DNA of 64,000 nt, from the IMG/VR virus record IMGVR_UViG_3300022916_000008, positions 26,857 to 90,856 of that record; one strand, 5' to 3'. Positions 51,001-57,699 of this stretch are shown piece by piece (position 1 is the stretch's first letter; every line of letters begins with the position of its first letter). The position numbers and the translations under genes were made by a program. The stretch is from a virus. The notes beneath the pieces were generated by a model. The model was not told where the DNA came from. It saw only the letters and a list, made by a program, of their open reading frames with translations, and did no database searches.

Positions 51001-54000
51001 ATTGACAAAGTTATGCGTACCTTCTGCGCCATACAATTCAACACCACTTGCGTCTGCATTAGATTTGAATCGCAATGTTTCCTTCCTCATATCAGTAGAC
51101 TGATTAGAGAACATGTTTAAGGCATCGTTAAGCGAAGGTACAGTAGACCTATAAAGTATGGATAATCTTGGAAGATCGGTCATACCCTCACTATTTCTTA
51201 ATTCAATGAAGTCACTTATAGCAGGGAAGTTGCTTTCTGAAAACTGATTAGGATCTGATAGTGCTAATATTCTTAGCTTGTTTTCAACATCTTGCTTACT
51301 ATTATATTTCTCAAGAGCGTTGTTGATTGCTACTAACTCAAGGGCTGATAACCTAGCTGCTTCATCTATAACGATAAGCTTCCTGCCTTTAAGGCTACCA
51401 TGATCTCCTGTCAATGAATCGATTAATGATCCAATAGTATTTACCTCTGTAAGGCTTGGTGTTAAACTTCTCTTTATTATTTCAGCCTGCTTTGGTTCTC
51501 TGGCTACAGTATATATTTCTTTATCAGTTAAGTTCAACAATCCTTTGATCCACTTAGCAAATACAAAGGTCTTTCCACTTCCTGCTGGACCTACCATACT
51601 TGCCCATGCATTCCAACCAGACACATTTTTCTTATTAAAGAACACACCAAACATTCTTATAGCAAGTAACTGCTGTACTGTAGGGGAAGGAGTGAAGTCT
51701 GCTTTCTTATTATTCAATGATTGCTGCTTCTTACCATACTCTTTCTCGGCAGTAATTTCTTCTGGTAAATTATAGTCAGAAGCAAGCGTCTGCATTAAGT
51801 CATGCATAGAAACCAACTCCCTATGTTTTTCAAAGAATTCAATCAAAGCATCTTTCCCTGATAACTTAGATTCTTTTAGATCACTTAGCAATCCATTCAT
51901 AAGCCTATTTTTGTCATACCTATATCCAGGATTAGTTTCATCTGAATATGACAACCCTAGGTTTGATAAAATAAGCATTATTTGCCCCATTGCCCTTGAT
52001 GGATTCTTGTAATATGGAGCAATAGTGCGGTTTTTTCCAGAGAAAGCAGGATTTTTGGCAATCATCTTACCAGCAATTGTTGACATTGTAGCCTCAAAAA
52101 CCTCATCATAAATCTCATCTAAGCTTTCCATTAGGCCAACTTTATCAACCTCATCTACTCTGCTGTCTTTTATCATCTGGATAATGATAGCATACTCAAT
52201 ATAGCTACCTTCCTTAATGATATTACTAATAGACGGTACAAGCCTATTTATAAGGTCGTATAGCTTCTTATTTGTAACAGATGAATCCAACCTACCTGTA
52301 TTAGCAAACTTGTCTATGTCAATCCCTAGAGATGCGAAAGCAGTAGTCGTAATATCTTTTGATAATCTCTTTTCCTGCTCTTCATTATCACTCTTTCTTT
52401 TGATTGCTATAATCTTATCAGCAGCTAGTCTTTTAAGAATATCGTTAATCCTTTTTAATGTAGCAGAAGTGAGTTTTGTTTCCCTTTCACTAAATATCTC
52501 CTTAACCCTTTCAATAGCAGATACAACTTTGTCAATCTCGTCAACATTATCAAAGAGTTTGTTCTTATCAACGAGTCCATTTATATACTCACCGTCTTCG
52601 ATATACTCATTAACAAGGTCTGCATGAATCTCTCCAATAGTCCTATTCTTTATCTCACCAGTATATCTTTTCTTGTTAGCTATAATCTCATCATAAAGTT
52701 CCAGTGTCTTTCTTACATCAGAGTTGTCTATAACTTCTTTCTTAAGATCATTTACTTCTTGTGTCTCAGCAGTAGTAAGTGCAGGAGAGTCCGGCAACAT
52801 CTGTGAATTAACAAGCTCATCATGTCTTTCCTTCTTTGAAAGCAGATCATTAACATGAGCCTTGATCTTTGACATGCTACCTCTGTTTAACTTAAGACCA
52901 TCATTCCTAACCTTCTCAAGTATACTTAGTAGTGGTATGTTCTCCCGAAACATCTTTCGTAATAGTGTAGATGAATAGTCTAATGAAGCATTGTCTATCT
53001 TATCAAATAGAAACTCCCTCTTTGTCCTTGCTTGTTCATATGCCTCATAAGTACCTTCTGTGGTGTTTTTATTAATCTCAATCTTATTCCTTACACTTCT
53101 TTCGTTATACGGCTTTCCCTTGATACTTTTTACAAAGTAATTATATCCAGTTGCAGGGTCACTGATCTTATCAAATCTGTCAGCCAACTTGTTAAGTGAA
53201 TTAACAATATCAGCACGTTGGATAAGTTTAATCTCTGCATCTAATGAATCAGCAGTACGCTTGCCACGAATGACATTAGTATCTTCTTTAAGTCCAGCCG
53301 TTCCTTTAAGTACTTTTATTCGACTTTCAAGTTTCTCAGCTTCTTCTATAAGTTCTGTTGCATCAATATTATCAGCCTTAGCCTTAGTAATGGCAGCTAT
53401 TGCATATTCATAATCATAGACAAGCTTATTGATTTCCGAAGCAACTAAATCTTTCTCATTGATTAGATTAAAGTCATTCTCTATATTAGCCAGTTCTCTC
53501 TTAAGAAATGCCATTCTAGCACCTATCCTGTATCCCTCTTCTTTCCTTGCTTGATTATTTATAAGTGTAGACTTCTTAATATTAGGAGCATTGAATGTAG
53601 CATCTGTTACGTTGTATATTTTCTCATACTCCTTAACCAGCTCCTTCCTTGCTTGTATTGCCTTTTTGGGATCAGGTTCACTGCGATAGTCAAATCCTAG
53701 TGTACCTAATTCTTCAGGTGTCATATTGCCTATTTTATCTAACTTATTATAGGCCTCCTCCCCTCTACCTAAATCAAACTCAGCCTTAGCCCACTCAATC
53801 ATCTTCTCATTAATAAAGAAATCTAACTTGCGTTTATTAGGATTGACTTTATTCCTTTCTGCTTCTATAACATCTTCAAGCTCCTCAATGAATCTTTTTG
53901 ATGACATGAATTCCTCAATCTTCTGTTCACTTTGTACAAGATTACCATCCTCTGTTGCTATTGGCTTTGACTTTACCTCGATAGTACCACCTTTGGTAGG

Positions 54001-55497
54001 GTCAATGCCATTATCCCTTGTTTCTTTCTCATACTCAAACTCTGATAGATTAATCCTTGATTTCTCCCCCTCTTTGAGACTCTCTTTAAAGTATTTTGTC
54101 TCCCCATCTTTTTCTTCAGTCCCATAGGTTATTTTTTCCTCAGGACTCATGGCAAACACATCCATTCCAAATGCTGCCTTATATTTACTTTGTACGTTCT
54201 TTATGCCCTTGTCTATGGCAATGTCTTCATCCCTCTTATCAATGTAACCTCTTCTTGCTCCACCACCCATTCCGAGTAGTCCACCAAGGATCACATTCTT
54301 AAGACGTTCATCATCCTTTAAGTCACCAAGACTATCCATTGCTTTAGGAAAATCTGAAAAGGCATAGTACCATTTCTTTCCATATTCAACAGCATCACCA
54401 TGGATTTCATTCATACGTTGTATAGAGTACTGGATGTTTTCCTCCCACAACCCTTCTGATAATATTCCTGTCCCCACGCCTTGGGCTATCTTCCCTCCAT
54501 AACTATCAAGATAACCTGTTATTCCCTTAGCAGTCTTCTTGCTATATGAACCAGCCTTTTCTGCTATTTTACCTCCGATCTTACCACCTACTTTTCCGAA
54601 TATAAATCCTGTTTCGATAAAGTTTGATGGGGCAAGAGCTATTAGGTTTTGTATATATGTATTCCTCGCTTTCTCAGCAGCCACTTGCTTAATGGTCTCG
54701 TCAGTCCATGGCTGTCCTGTTGTAGGGTTAAGAACTCCCTTTTCCTTTAATTCATATAATTGGTCAATTACAGCATCCTTAACATCTTTGGCTTCAAACA
54801 TAGCCTCAGAAGAAGTCATCAATCCCCACGTAGCAATCCTATCAATCCCCTTACCTGCTTTCTCTAAGTTCTGTAATTTTGTTCCAAGATTAGTCATCTT
54901 AGCATACTTGGATAATCCACCTGCTATTTTGGATCCCATGCCCATTTTGCTTAATGCACCGCCAGGTATCCATGTAGACAACATAAAAGCAAGACCGTCT
55001 ACAAAGTCATCTGTCCAGAAGCTAAGACTCCATAACTGTCCAAATGGAGAGGCATCCTTATACTTCTGTGTTTTATAAATTGGAAGAGCTTCTTTAAGGT
55101 CATCCTCTATGTCTGAGAAGAAGGCAGAGAAACCATTGTCGGCTGCTCTGGATATAAAGTTTTCACTATATTGATCTACATTTCCTGTAGTAGCTTCTTT
55201 TATTCCCTCAAACCCTAAGTCTACTAGGTAGCCCATTCCTTCAAGAAATTTAGTGCCTGTAGTTAGCCCGAGACGTAGTGTTCCATTGGCTACTCTTGAT
55301 GCACGACTTTGGTTCTGTGCAAGGTACTCGTCTATGTCACCAGCAGCTCCTATAATCCCGGGAAGTCTCTTGTTATTATAACCTTCAAGACCATAATAAG
55401 TTTTTGGCTCATATGATTTTGGTTCATGTGCTAATATCTCTGGTATAGATGTCTTCCCATCACCAAGGATGTCTTTTAAGTAAGTGTAATCAGGCAT
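36019..55497 (-). CDS. Giant polyvalent virion RNA polymerase (crAss-type, 6492 aa)
   Basis: RNAP motifs 'TDGAG', 'FRIPS', 'GADYDVD' (44401-44421); SF1 helicase GPAGSGKT/IDEAA/YTAMSRA; HEAFH and HEYLH zincin motifs; NADAR and ART-like inserts; PD-(D/E)XK 'TAD...VDWK'. Confidence 0.92.
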   Translation of the reverse strand: MPDYTYLKDILGDGKTSIPEILAHEPKSYEPKTYYGLEGYNNKRLPGIIGAAGDIDEYLAQNQSRASRVANGTLRLGLTTGTKFLEGMGYLVDLGFEGIKEATTGNVDQYSENFISRAADNGFSAFFSDIEDDLKEALPIYKTQKYKDASPFGQLWSLSFWTDDFVDGLAFMLSTWIPGGALSKMGMGSKIAGGLSKYAKMTNLGTKLQNLEKAGKGIDRIATWGLMTSSEAMFEAKDVKDAVIDQLYELKEKGVLNPTTGQPWTDETIKQVAAEKARNTYIQNLIALAPSNFIETGFIFGKVGGKIGGKIAEKAGSYSKKTAKGITGYLDSYGGKIAQGVGTGILSEGLWEENIQYSIQRMNEIHGDAVEYGKKWYYAFSDFPKAMDSLGDLKDDERLKNVILGGLLGMGGGARRGYIDKRDEDIAIDKGIKNVQSKYKAAFGMDVFAMSPEEKITYGTEEKDGETKYFKESLKEGEKSRINLSEFEYEKETRDNGIDPTKGGTIEVKSKPIATEDGNLVQSEQKIEEFMSSKRFIEELEDVIEAERNKVNPNKRKLDFFINEKMIEWAKAEFDLGRGEEAYNKLDKIGNMTPEELGTLGFDYRSEPDPKKAIQARKELVKEYEKIYNVTDATFNAPNIKKSTLINNQARKEEGYRIGARMAFLKRELANIENDFNLINEKDLVASEINKLVYDYEYAIAAITKAKADNIDATELIEEAEKLESRIKVLKGTAGLKEDTNVIRGKRTADSLDAEIKLIQRADIVNSLNKLADRFDKISDPATGYNYFVKSIKGKPYNERSVRNKIEINKNTTEGTYEAYEQARTKREFLFDKIDNASLDYSSTLLRKMFRENIPLLSILEKVRNDGLKLNRGSMSKIKAHVNDLLSKKERHDELVNSQMLPDSPALTTAETQEVNDLKKEVIDNSDVRKTLELYDEIIANKKRYTGEIKNRTIGEIHADLVNEYIEDGEYINGLVDKNKLFDNVDEIDKVVSAIERVKEIFSERETKLTSATLKRINDILKRLAADKIIAIKRKSDNEEQEKRLSKDITTTAFASLGIDIDKFANTGRLDSSVTNKKLYDLINRLVPSISNIIKEGSYIEYAIIIQMIKDSRVDEVDKVGLMESLDEIYDEVFEATMSTIAGKMIAKNPAFSGKNRTIAPYYKNPSRAMGQIMLILSNLGLSYSDETNPGYRYDKNRLMNGLLSDLKESKLSGKDALIEFFEKHRELVSMHDLMQTLASDYNLPEEITAEKEYGKKQQSLNNKKADFTPSPTVQQLLAIRMFGVFFNKKNVSGWNAWASMVGPAGSGKTFVFAKWIKGLLNLTDKEIYTVAREPKQAEIIKRSLTPSLTEVNTIGSLIDSLTGDHGSLKGRKLIVIDEAARLSALELVAINNALEKYNSKQDVENKLRILALSDPNQFSESNFPAISDFIELRNSEGMTDLPRLSILYRSTVPSLNDALNMFSNQSTDMRKETLRFKSNADASGVELYGAEGTHNFVNKVKELVADRIGKDDRRRAIIVSEQTKEAWKTNNPLENEISKGVAFLTVAESAGDNFDEVYVFIPKGDYGKSPFVENRAIYTAMSRAKYYSLLSEFNVQNIYDNSIKPLIADEIGNNVKRLNEFVEDRRKDEDLMYEYLEGEKDEEDEEEENKEPEKDDEKEDTSDDSYKTVITDEPNDVEVEEEILSEEDEEVEYHDEKPKSNKQEKSNHRSFHTNNSIFKPVKIKESTIPPIQEGDEVYYVVGKYQDRKDPKKKERRKVSVMQRVEVNGEVLFREVSVISKHDATPKGYEALFDNIKSIVDTDIDMADQFEAKLVYVSGGFYRITNLSKQNILGTGHVSNGERRSFQYDTKGTPRKKGFRRQLISAVVKSMYPKSVFGPIWGSEYASMINNKITDLAEKSYFTIFTTSDRKALLQEGYGVIPGLPHLVVPDAYSLERGKPSRTLYLRLDWQKMNNKDSFLSPLRDFVKKIKQIEGLIATKGFRMGNAVFNDFVSRIANNKELTEFKVNEADIKKFKLDKSLIGETITFLSAVESYMSAIKGKKFNISDELRFAATEVTSMLYTKSENGKNNNDGPIQKLFNSIARANNYTNGIMLQTGIYDKSKKKIWVSGKALLSGSAEHSSTNPAYRKVSEQLKRKLARAEESGDQARIKQAREEYDNRKNSLNNITLNDLETILGSELNAPIAISKFNASVKKPKESKNGRGVRNTFVAMHPSFVDIDIEGEYADKGNKEPKSKTEVIVDKNQKKADTDISSLGRRTRPKPRPKPFSKIILSKQELGEKISRETTREYLRRVIPGITDSEIKFVQAEEIMRLNDDKQAYGLYLDGIIYLLENKDGTVYEKVARHEAFHKIFNENFSFAQKTAFAIHFSKEYPEYAIRDNEGAIEYLARVEEEIANLFHEWRGGTVKVHSFIDKVFTAIMDIVRFITGNRSKINSYFNAIDNGRYSNQSGVALNSLQRLSKIREDYIYKDYAPQDFYRHLKKEIIYHINNKVSGIKNPKNEDASDVPVRVVDGVVINIPQTFQEAMDNVLQGFINLKEELKDKSSLNPDEDFTLGMATIITRQDVNKEYGVYKRLINDIYPTIHYSAFKYFREFISDDIEDAPEERELETIDGIIKAKDSELYDSMGKTSQKVRQFASTIEFIDKEGYADYIDFRYVYRSLLEAFSLVDINKSKEDYLKDLKEAIPGNSSKATALIQKLSGLIDGAKRSTVIDSNEGLPIWAKFSNTNTFVFSKSGKDIQSKTLSTYDSNDIVVVKRSANENTLHYFKRIAKAAETEYDTKGLTFIKSMYDKAYSSEVLLELTVHFGSLYRQNIWKGREENKFGRLYGYHEETDTGGSSTIASNISHFMVKVLDKEGSSYFDSITQKANEVISSGTESQQHSLVTALLNKISVIKEDGEISDPKAVLQMFVDIMKVYNESDEKLTNEEKIVGVKSRINKMADVMARDFSKGESFNYFRGDRKRAYLYIQSNMAMDVLRSIINRKSPTSKHLFGRELPRFLGTRFFEFNTMNPIPSNKRLGSKRLNKVYDYDNYDSAYNRSDKTKKPVRYEDELDGDFIKRSFWMQFIGYVAQHKTSKGAKVRYKQPFWVIGERGRTVAAEIDLLPEKDIVESIRMAIIQEGHRPDPTEDNEYDVVGYDVNYNKSYLPGMKDGAVVKRKTGETDAAFNNRVDQAVNSVLAAINEQADEFYNEMVTHDNARPHKELKKIYEKMGGYLSIPEGVSDENIYKGPKNKSRAAYLEQHRKMVKPLSDLWFKNYFINSHFLNQLALSDQAYYQDEYDVIKRAHLAFADGWKGVVGPGWMDDTFNVAVGQDVTDVIGGSQFKRFKKILGKSFNYTDGAGFMLPERFENIKQGFPDSMGLGVVMKPIYWGIDKYGILRAMKYATVVLTDDIVDMFPDLKTLRNDMRKNSVGEYVFNSAMKVGAPSSSKIKRDRPKGDFKKINPKTDIVELRNEYWRIQLNPVKESNSTSKNPTAIAYFANARKKNQEEAGKIFSYLSEIIDHGMIKVKKEMGLFAKDEVVDKKTRNTIRRRMIRYLDDISGQERTGELLSSKDEEDNYHVSMNMPSISEKLISMFISNFSKNAIEVRLKGSDLVLQTVYGAKNILGKDGKKIRREPKYKDKEGYAEVYMPDIYEGEMQKGDLIMWDKVLGFRIPSTDLHSAIPLKIIGFYPSKDNTNIIIAPKEIVWFSGADYDVDTLFIIRKSVAQKDYFDDNGELIIKGGQFMEGEGLIPRLKMLYRQLAAVSNKSEHDKELVRDLDYLYTEVLKNELFNNYMKVIMDEANEEEMLMPINMDRMEDNNHEEGIVEPVKTMLERIAGENGKSAVFKEKRWLGNVLAQIKFHNDNHRARKQKGVLVNKVKALAYLIQSTPVEKLPMLHEKSYVVIDGVKHDSLSIHEKSKDGNNKVVINIVDGELIYHEPTTIENFDILINAAIDNLKLQYLPMINLKDSLSNAYAALIGIGVPLQSAVKIMMQPALVMAGKQQFASTNKVEQVINKLLKDKPQVEKADVVKDKEKQPATINIYAGTNENVELSNFAERPYIDGLGIEYKNVEAAFQAAKLNYSDPVTKEDIATNDRIGMELQSATGAQAKKLGGQVKGLNAENWDKNSSTIMKNIIKESFEQNPEALEKLIATGISTLTHTQDKGKWGKEFPRLLMEVRKELSPAIPSEQEDTISTPVTESTSEEKESLTEGISLAFKQNPELAKVGTQKQYSAYLDTVFPNSKVKDIVYHGQPTISKFTAEKRLDLFQQLQDNDITQEQFDEEMKKFPDNDIIENFEESRIGSQSNSGLKRGFYFTDNIKVATWLDTNRVLRVLLDIKENIKEIDGGGKNVDLKLLRETTDKYDSVVYKNVIEGLEGDKKKLGTTFMVAKPEQIHILGSKQDVEEFKEFVKTKQTDTVTEGITSQELESTMFKSLEELTPDQLALQLQILKIFKNMDAIGKDMTTASHVTSIVQGIEGKYTALAKVLNEFDAIYKIEKGEYVKIKDKTGKVIGHELKDSFSFTNTDILNLPHINSAFNAIKFLKTKIGNIWFLHHKNLVKFSEGVYKWTKNNIKVGEGSASEAHEDIRRGFIRFMLSSFSFEGGPSMDTSNEEPYEVKKGNIRYDIAGAEAWSQRFIDRVSDLKSDNLENLFLSGIEIVPGWKGIKYIRFGAGFQSKIEDIHDYEDGFMSLEDDVQKDFLKYSIIHDGLEFGINSYTYVIDPKLFGEVTSYIDNNIYGLFARKNIEESKGLLDNLKSFFAMQYSANNMEYMGTLIDFTDRLVPFRDSKDTKDRQITGHEVVNEKRVFFNRRYSLKITKNDKTGEVKNDYNSFPLIAREFENILYKMAEVPGSEHVYYVNIGQKLEHKNYKFDLTIAANGYNPNMVYSPYVKTVNRSGDLSNLTKYDRPDKASYELEVGDTMLIKNTDDATGVTGYVYKVTNVNKAVPITSATGYKYTGISYDIRKIGPIEYADKDPLSSTEFEALREKIYNPESFIKTRRVTVQSPDSISKKQSVSKDNKSDIPAMALIEVLIRLRNKFGIKFRRFNDVNNPIRGEWRNGTIWINTAHVKRDTPFHEYLHPVIEAIRATDKATYNRLVAEINKHQDVIEDVRKRSPELNEDQIIEEAIVEFLGTELSIKFKTGNNAVQSIWNIIKSWIQKLFSKSDLSSMTSFSTMGEFADMLATDQRIGMKFYGIDFSKSKYKQLLNLEYQKHLWNQNNGIWQANERSVKNIFDNLVNSFGAHMVYAPKRMSHNFYTIKVVKPTLYTMPEPKPTEWELWWNNLSKDEQLSEMMRMQQETKEQRVSPGYRGNENILDDIAKDSDSMGFELFEDEENNYYKDKLGKIYNRLTEWTGGNFSYGFDNKSRIEKKAKMIFASKSTSLNDKILLTYDGIESEFTYDDLVSYYMINAETARIEGKIAHAMIEQLLSKDPIKKAELQRRIERYAEEKPGVQSEIPVSKLKFITDNLDEILSVAGVRVADGFEAGDINIDVLDKIVSEIVLYSEDLGIATTADLVIQHDNNDLSLVDWKAGSKFYGNISRLILMKYGNTQTSDVYDTKVNRAKLELVLRAMIIKSKNPNVRFRNISIAHLSKDELVNMDHASLTIYLGMIESFLADSSNSKTDVYEKFKKQGMFNPNNYGSQSESVLEMKQELDDKTYEEKVEYLGNRLFQLDYKLKKLDSLLSSDEKVRLVHEKRKVYEALRSVYTNFGEDITYELHDISKLKKWLAVPQYEIANPLINILSKYILNRKDESRRYKMGIEQVFTKHLKKLKSEYDNGIGNTRMGEMVKGVKYKDLFGFMWTYKNDIDKQGYYASTSRTYTKMDGTTHQMTDTQWEFNQYVRKVMAEEWNKTMSEPAYYDKNGNPHSKAKTMKSSVSEELATDFMPRIQLSAGEVSERHGLFSKETLEYQKKGMATTFFDSFAYYNNQTNSQLPVRYFGDPELIASNDYSFDVEKAFLSFVGDIVEKRYLDPALAFAQATKMQLAAEKDQNGIPIMKNSMALVDDMLVVNVFNQKKAVKLTKRPIKIGTRVNSKGENVYINLNTDKVAGRIRHWVSFATIGFKVVAPTFNTMLIVMLNSMKASIGSIAKRLGVPREDIDFTLSDLAFGAKEWLKMSGSYATNDQRNNKLRILAKELEYMNDNYDFKIRSKEKIASKAKLLDRSNIFLTYRIGEDFALYTLLAAQLRHMKVDMNDPKSMSMWDAYEIEDGRAIYKGGQRGWTQKGDGSFEELNELTTEEKIRLKRVSQLIHGGYRDEEKTAMDVTVYGEWLQQFKRYMKAQLNNAYAGKFKDKSLGAWKPRQDEFGNIIMHEGATVYEFLDVLNQGRVWVMWNVLKTYSMVAINKISPLDIRYNEAYTWEQLSSRQKQHVVEVLLTGAVMASWLLAGGAADDDEAESALEVRLRRLMMEDITQGLRPADILRNVNQPVVVIGRLYDVNTALFQYMFNGVIKGERLKDGRMPGAYQIRKSVPVLSTFAEFERYFKDDIKNSELGRFLGYKEIGTTRR

Positions 55498-55501
55498 ATA
55501 T

Positions 55502-57697
55502 TTATTTCTTTAGATTTGCTCTGTAGATTTCTTGTGCAAGAATCACAAGCTCCTTCCCCCCGGTTAATGTTTTATCCATAATTCTTTGCAACTCTATATC
55601 TGTACCGTCCCAGTTATTATCATTAAGGTACTGATTATATTTGTGTGTTGCATATTTCTTTCTTGAACTATATCCCTTGTCATCAGGAGAAGGTATCAAG
55701 CTTTGCATATAATCACCTATTGTAATTGGTGTTTCATCTCCCCTCTCAAGATAAAAGCTAGTCAATGAATTCTCTACAGGAGCAATATTAATACCCGGAG
55801 CAATCTCCATTGGCCTAGTTATCTTTTCATTATAGTATTGATAGTTAATCTTCTGTACCTGTCCTTCTTCTCCCATCTGATCAAAGATATAGTTAACAAG
55901 TCCATCATTGTTAGTACGTGGTATGAGTCTAATAGTTTGTTTATCGGGATCTGTTTCTTTAGTATCGAACACTTCTATCTGTGGAGGACTGTTTGGTCCG
56001 GCATAAGCTATACCTACATACTCAAGGTCTCTTGGGTTGATAGGGTCATCCTTTAATTGCTTATTAGTCTTAGCTGATATAATATCATAGTCACCAAGTT
56101 GTGCCAAATCCATCTGTTTAACATGATAAGTAATTTCTTTTGCTACCTTAGGATCACTAAACACTTGTACTACATCTTCAACAGGTGCGCCATTATCAAT
56201 AAAATCATCAAACCCTTCATCCATTTTAATCCCACCACTATTCTGCCAATCATAATATTCCATAGCATAGTCTCTGATCTTTTCAGCTTCTGTGCTACTA
56301 ACATCTCTCCCTAACCAGCCAGATAGATTTTTTGCATACAATTCACTATCAACGGAGCTCCTTATAATTTCTTTACTATGCTGTGCAAATGGTATCCTAA
56401 ACCTCGGCTTTCTTTCTTCTCCGCTTACGTCAACACCAACAGCTTTTTTTATTGGCTCCCATGATTTATTGAACATGTTAACACCAACGTCAACAATATC
56501 TCCTAATAAATTTCCCATTGTATTTCTAGAATCAAAGATATCAGAAACAAGAAGGTCTACATCTTCATTACCAGATGTTGGTTTGTTTTTATAGATATCT
56601 GCATATTTAGGATTCTGTTTTATAAATGCATTCATTATAACACCTTTCTGTCTTTCAAGAAATTCTGCTCCAGAAATATCGCCCTTTTCTTTCATTTGTG
56701 AAATTTTTCTATCAAGGTCCGCTTGTGACTTAGCTATATTTTTTACATCTATTACGCCTACTCTCTCAAATATACCACTATATGAAGGATCGCCACCTTC
56801 CCCATTTCCTCTAGTACCTGTTGCAACTTGTCTACTGCTTATCCCTGTAGAAGTACTTATTAATTTCTCATTTGCTTTCCTTACATAGTCATATACATTC
56901 TTGTCAACTATAGCTTGGCCATTTAAACCTTGACTGTTATAATAATCAACCAATGCCTGTTCAGCTTCGTCTCCACTCATACCAGCTACGTTGATGCCAG
57001 CTTTATGCGCCTCTACTTTCAAGTACTGAGGATCAGCATCCTTAAAAGCATCTACGGTTTCTTTAGCAACTCTATTCAATCTGCTTCTACTGATACCTGA
57101 CCTAGTAATACTTTCCTCCCATCCTTCACCCATATCTTTAAATGCTTCTTGTATGGACTCTTGTGGCATGCCTCCAAGTAACTGTTGTGCTATGATAGAA
57201 TGCTTTGCTTCTTTTTCAACATCAAGTGTGTACGGAATATACTGCTTCTCTCCTGTTGCAGGATCAGTAACTACAGATGTATGATTGGCAGGGTCATTAA
57301 AGTCTACTCCTTCTGCGCCATACTCTTGTTTGAGTTGTACACCTTCTTGCATCTTCTTAAATTGTTGCATAGAGAATATAAGGTCACGATTCTTGCCAAT
57401 GGCTTTCTTGTACACCTCTGGTAGCTTATAGTCTATGTCAAGCCACTTCTTTTGATCAATCAATGCACCTAGCTCATCATCAATAATCTTCCTAGCCTCA
57501 TCAGCATGGTATTGATCATTTACTCCAAGTTGATCTTTAAAGTTAGCACTAAGCACATCTAACTCGTTCCAAGCAGCGATATTAGTATCTACTCTTCCCT
57601 GTATAGCTTGTGCTGCCTGACCATACTGCTGTACAGGATACGGAGCATACTGCTGGACATATAGTGTTGGTTGATATTCATAAAATGGATTTGCCAT
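55502..57697 (-). CDS. Virion ejection/cargo protein (putative)
   Basis: Q/Y-rich N-terminus; lies immediately upstream of the RNAP as in crAss-like phages. Confidence 0.7.
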   Translation of the reverse strand: MANPFYEYQPTLYVQQYAPYPVQQYGQAAQAIQGRVDTNIAAWNELDVLSANFKDQLGVNDQYHADEARKIIDDELGALIDQKKWLDIDYKLPEVYKKAIGKNRDLIFSMQQFKKMQEGVQLKQEYGAEGVDFNDPANHTSVVTDPATGEKQYIPYTLDVEKEAKHSIIAQQLLGGMPQESIQEAFKDMGEGWEESITRSGISRSRLNRVAKETVDAFKDADPQYLKVEAHKAGINVAGMSGDEAEQALVDYYNSQGLNGQAIVDKNVYDYVRKANEKLISTSTGISSRQVATGTRGNGEGGDPSYSGIFERVGVIDVKNIAKSQADLDRKISQMKEKGDISGAEFLERQKGVIMNAFIKQNPKYADIYKNKPTSGNEDVDLLVSDIFDSRNTMGNLLGDIVDVGVNMFNKSWEPIKKAVGVDVSGEERKPRFRIPFAQHSKEIIRSSVDSELYAKNLSGWLGRDVSSTEAEKIRDYAMEYYDWQNSGGIKMDEGFDDFIDNGAPVEDVVQVFSDPKVAKEITYHVKQMDLAQLGDYDIISAKTNKQLKDDPINPRDLEYVGIAYAGPNSPPQIEVFDTKETDPDKQTIRLIPRTNNDGLVNYIFDQMGEEGQVQKINYQYYNEKITRPMEIAPGINIAPVENSLTSFYLERGDETPITIGDYMQSLIPSPDDKGYSSRKKYATHKYNQYLNDNNWDGTDIELQRIMDKTLTGGKELVILAQEIYRANLKK

Positions 57698-57699
57698 AA

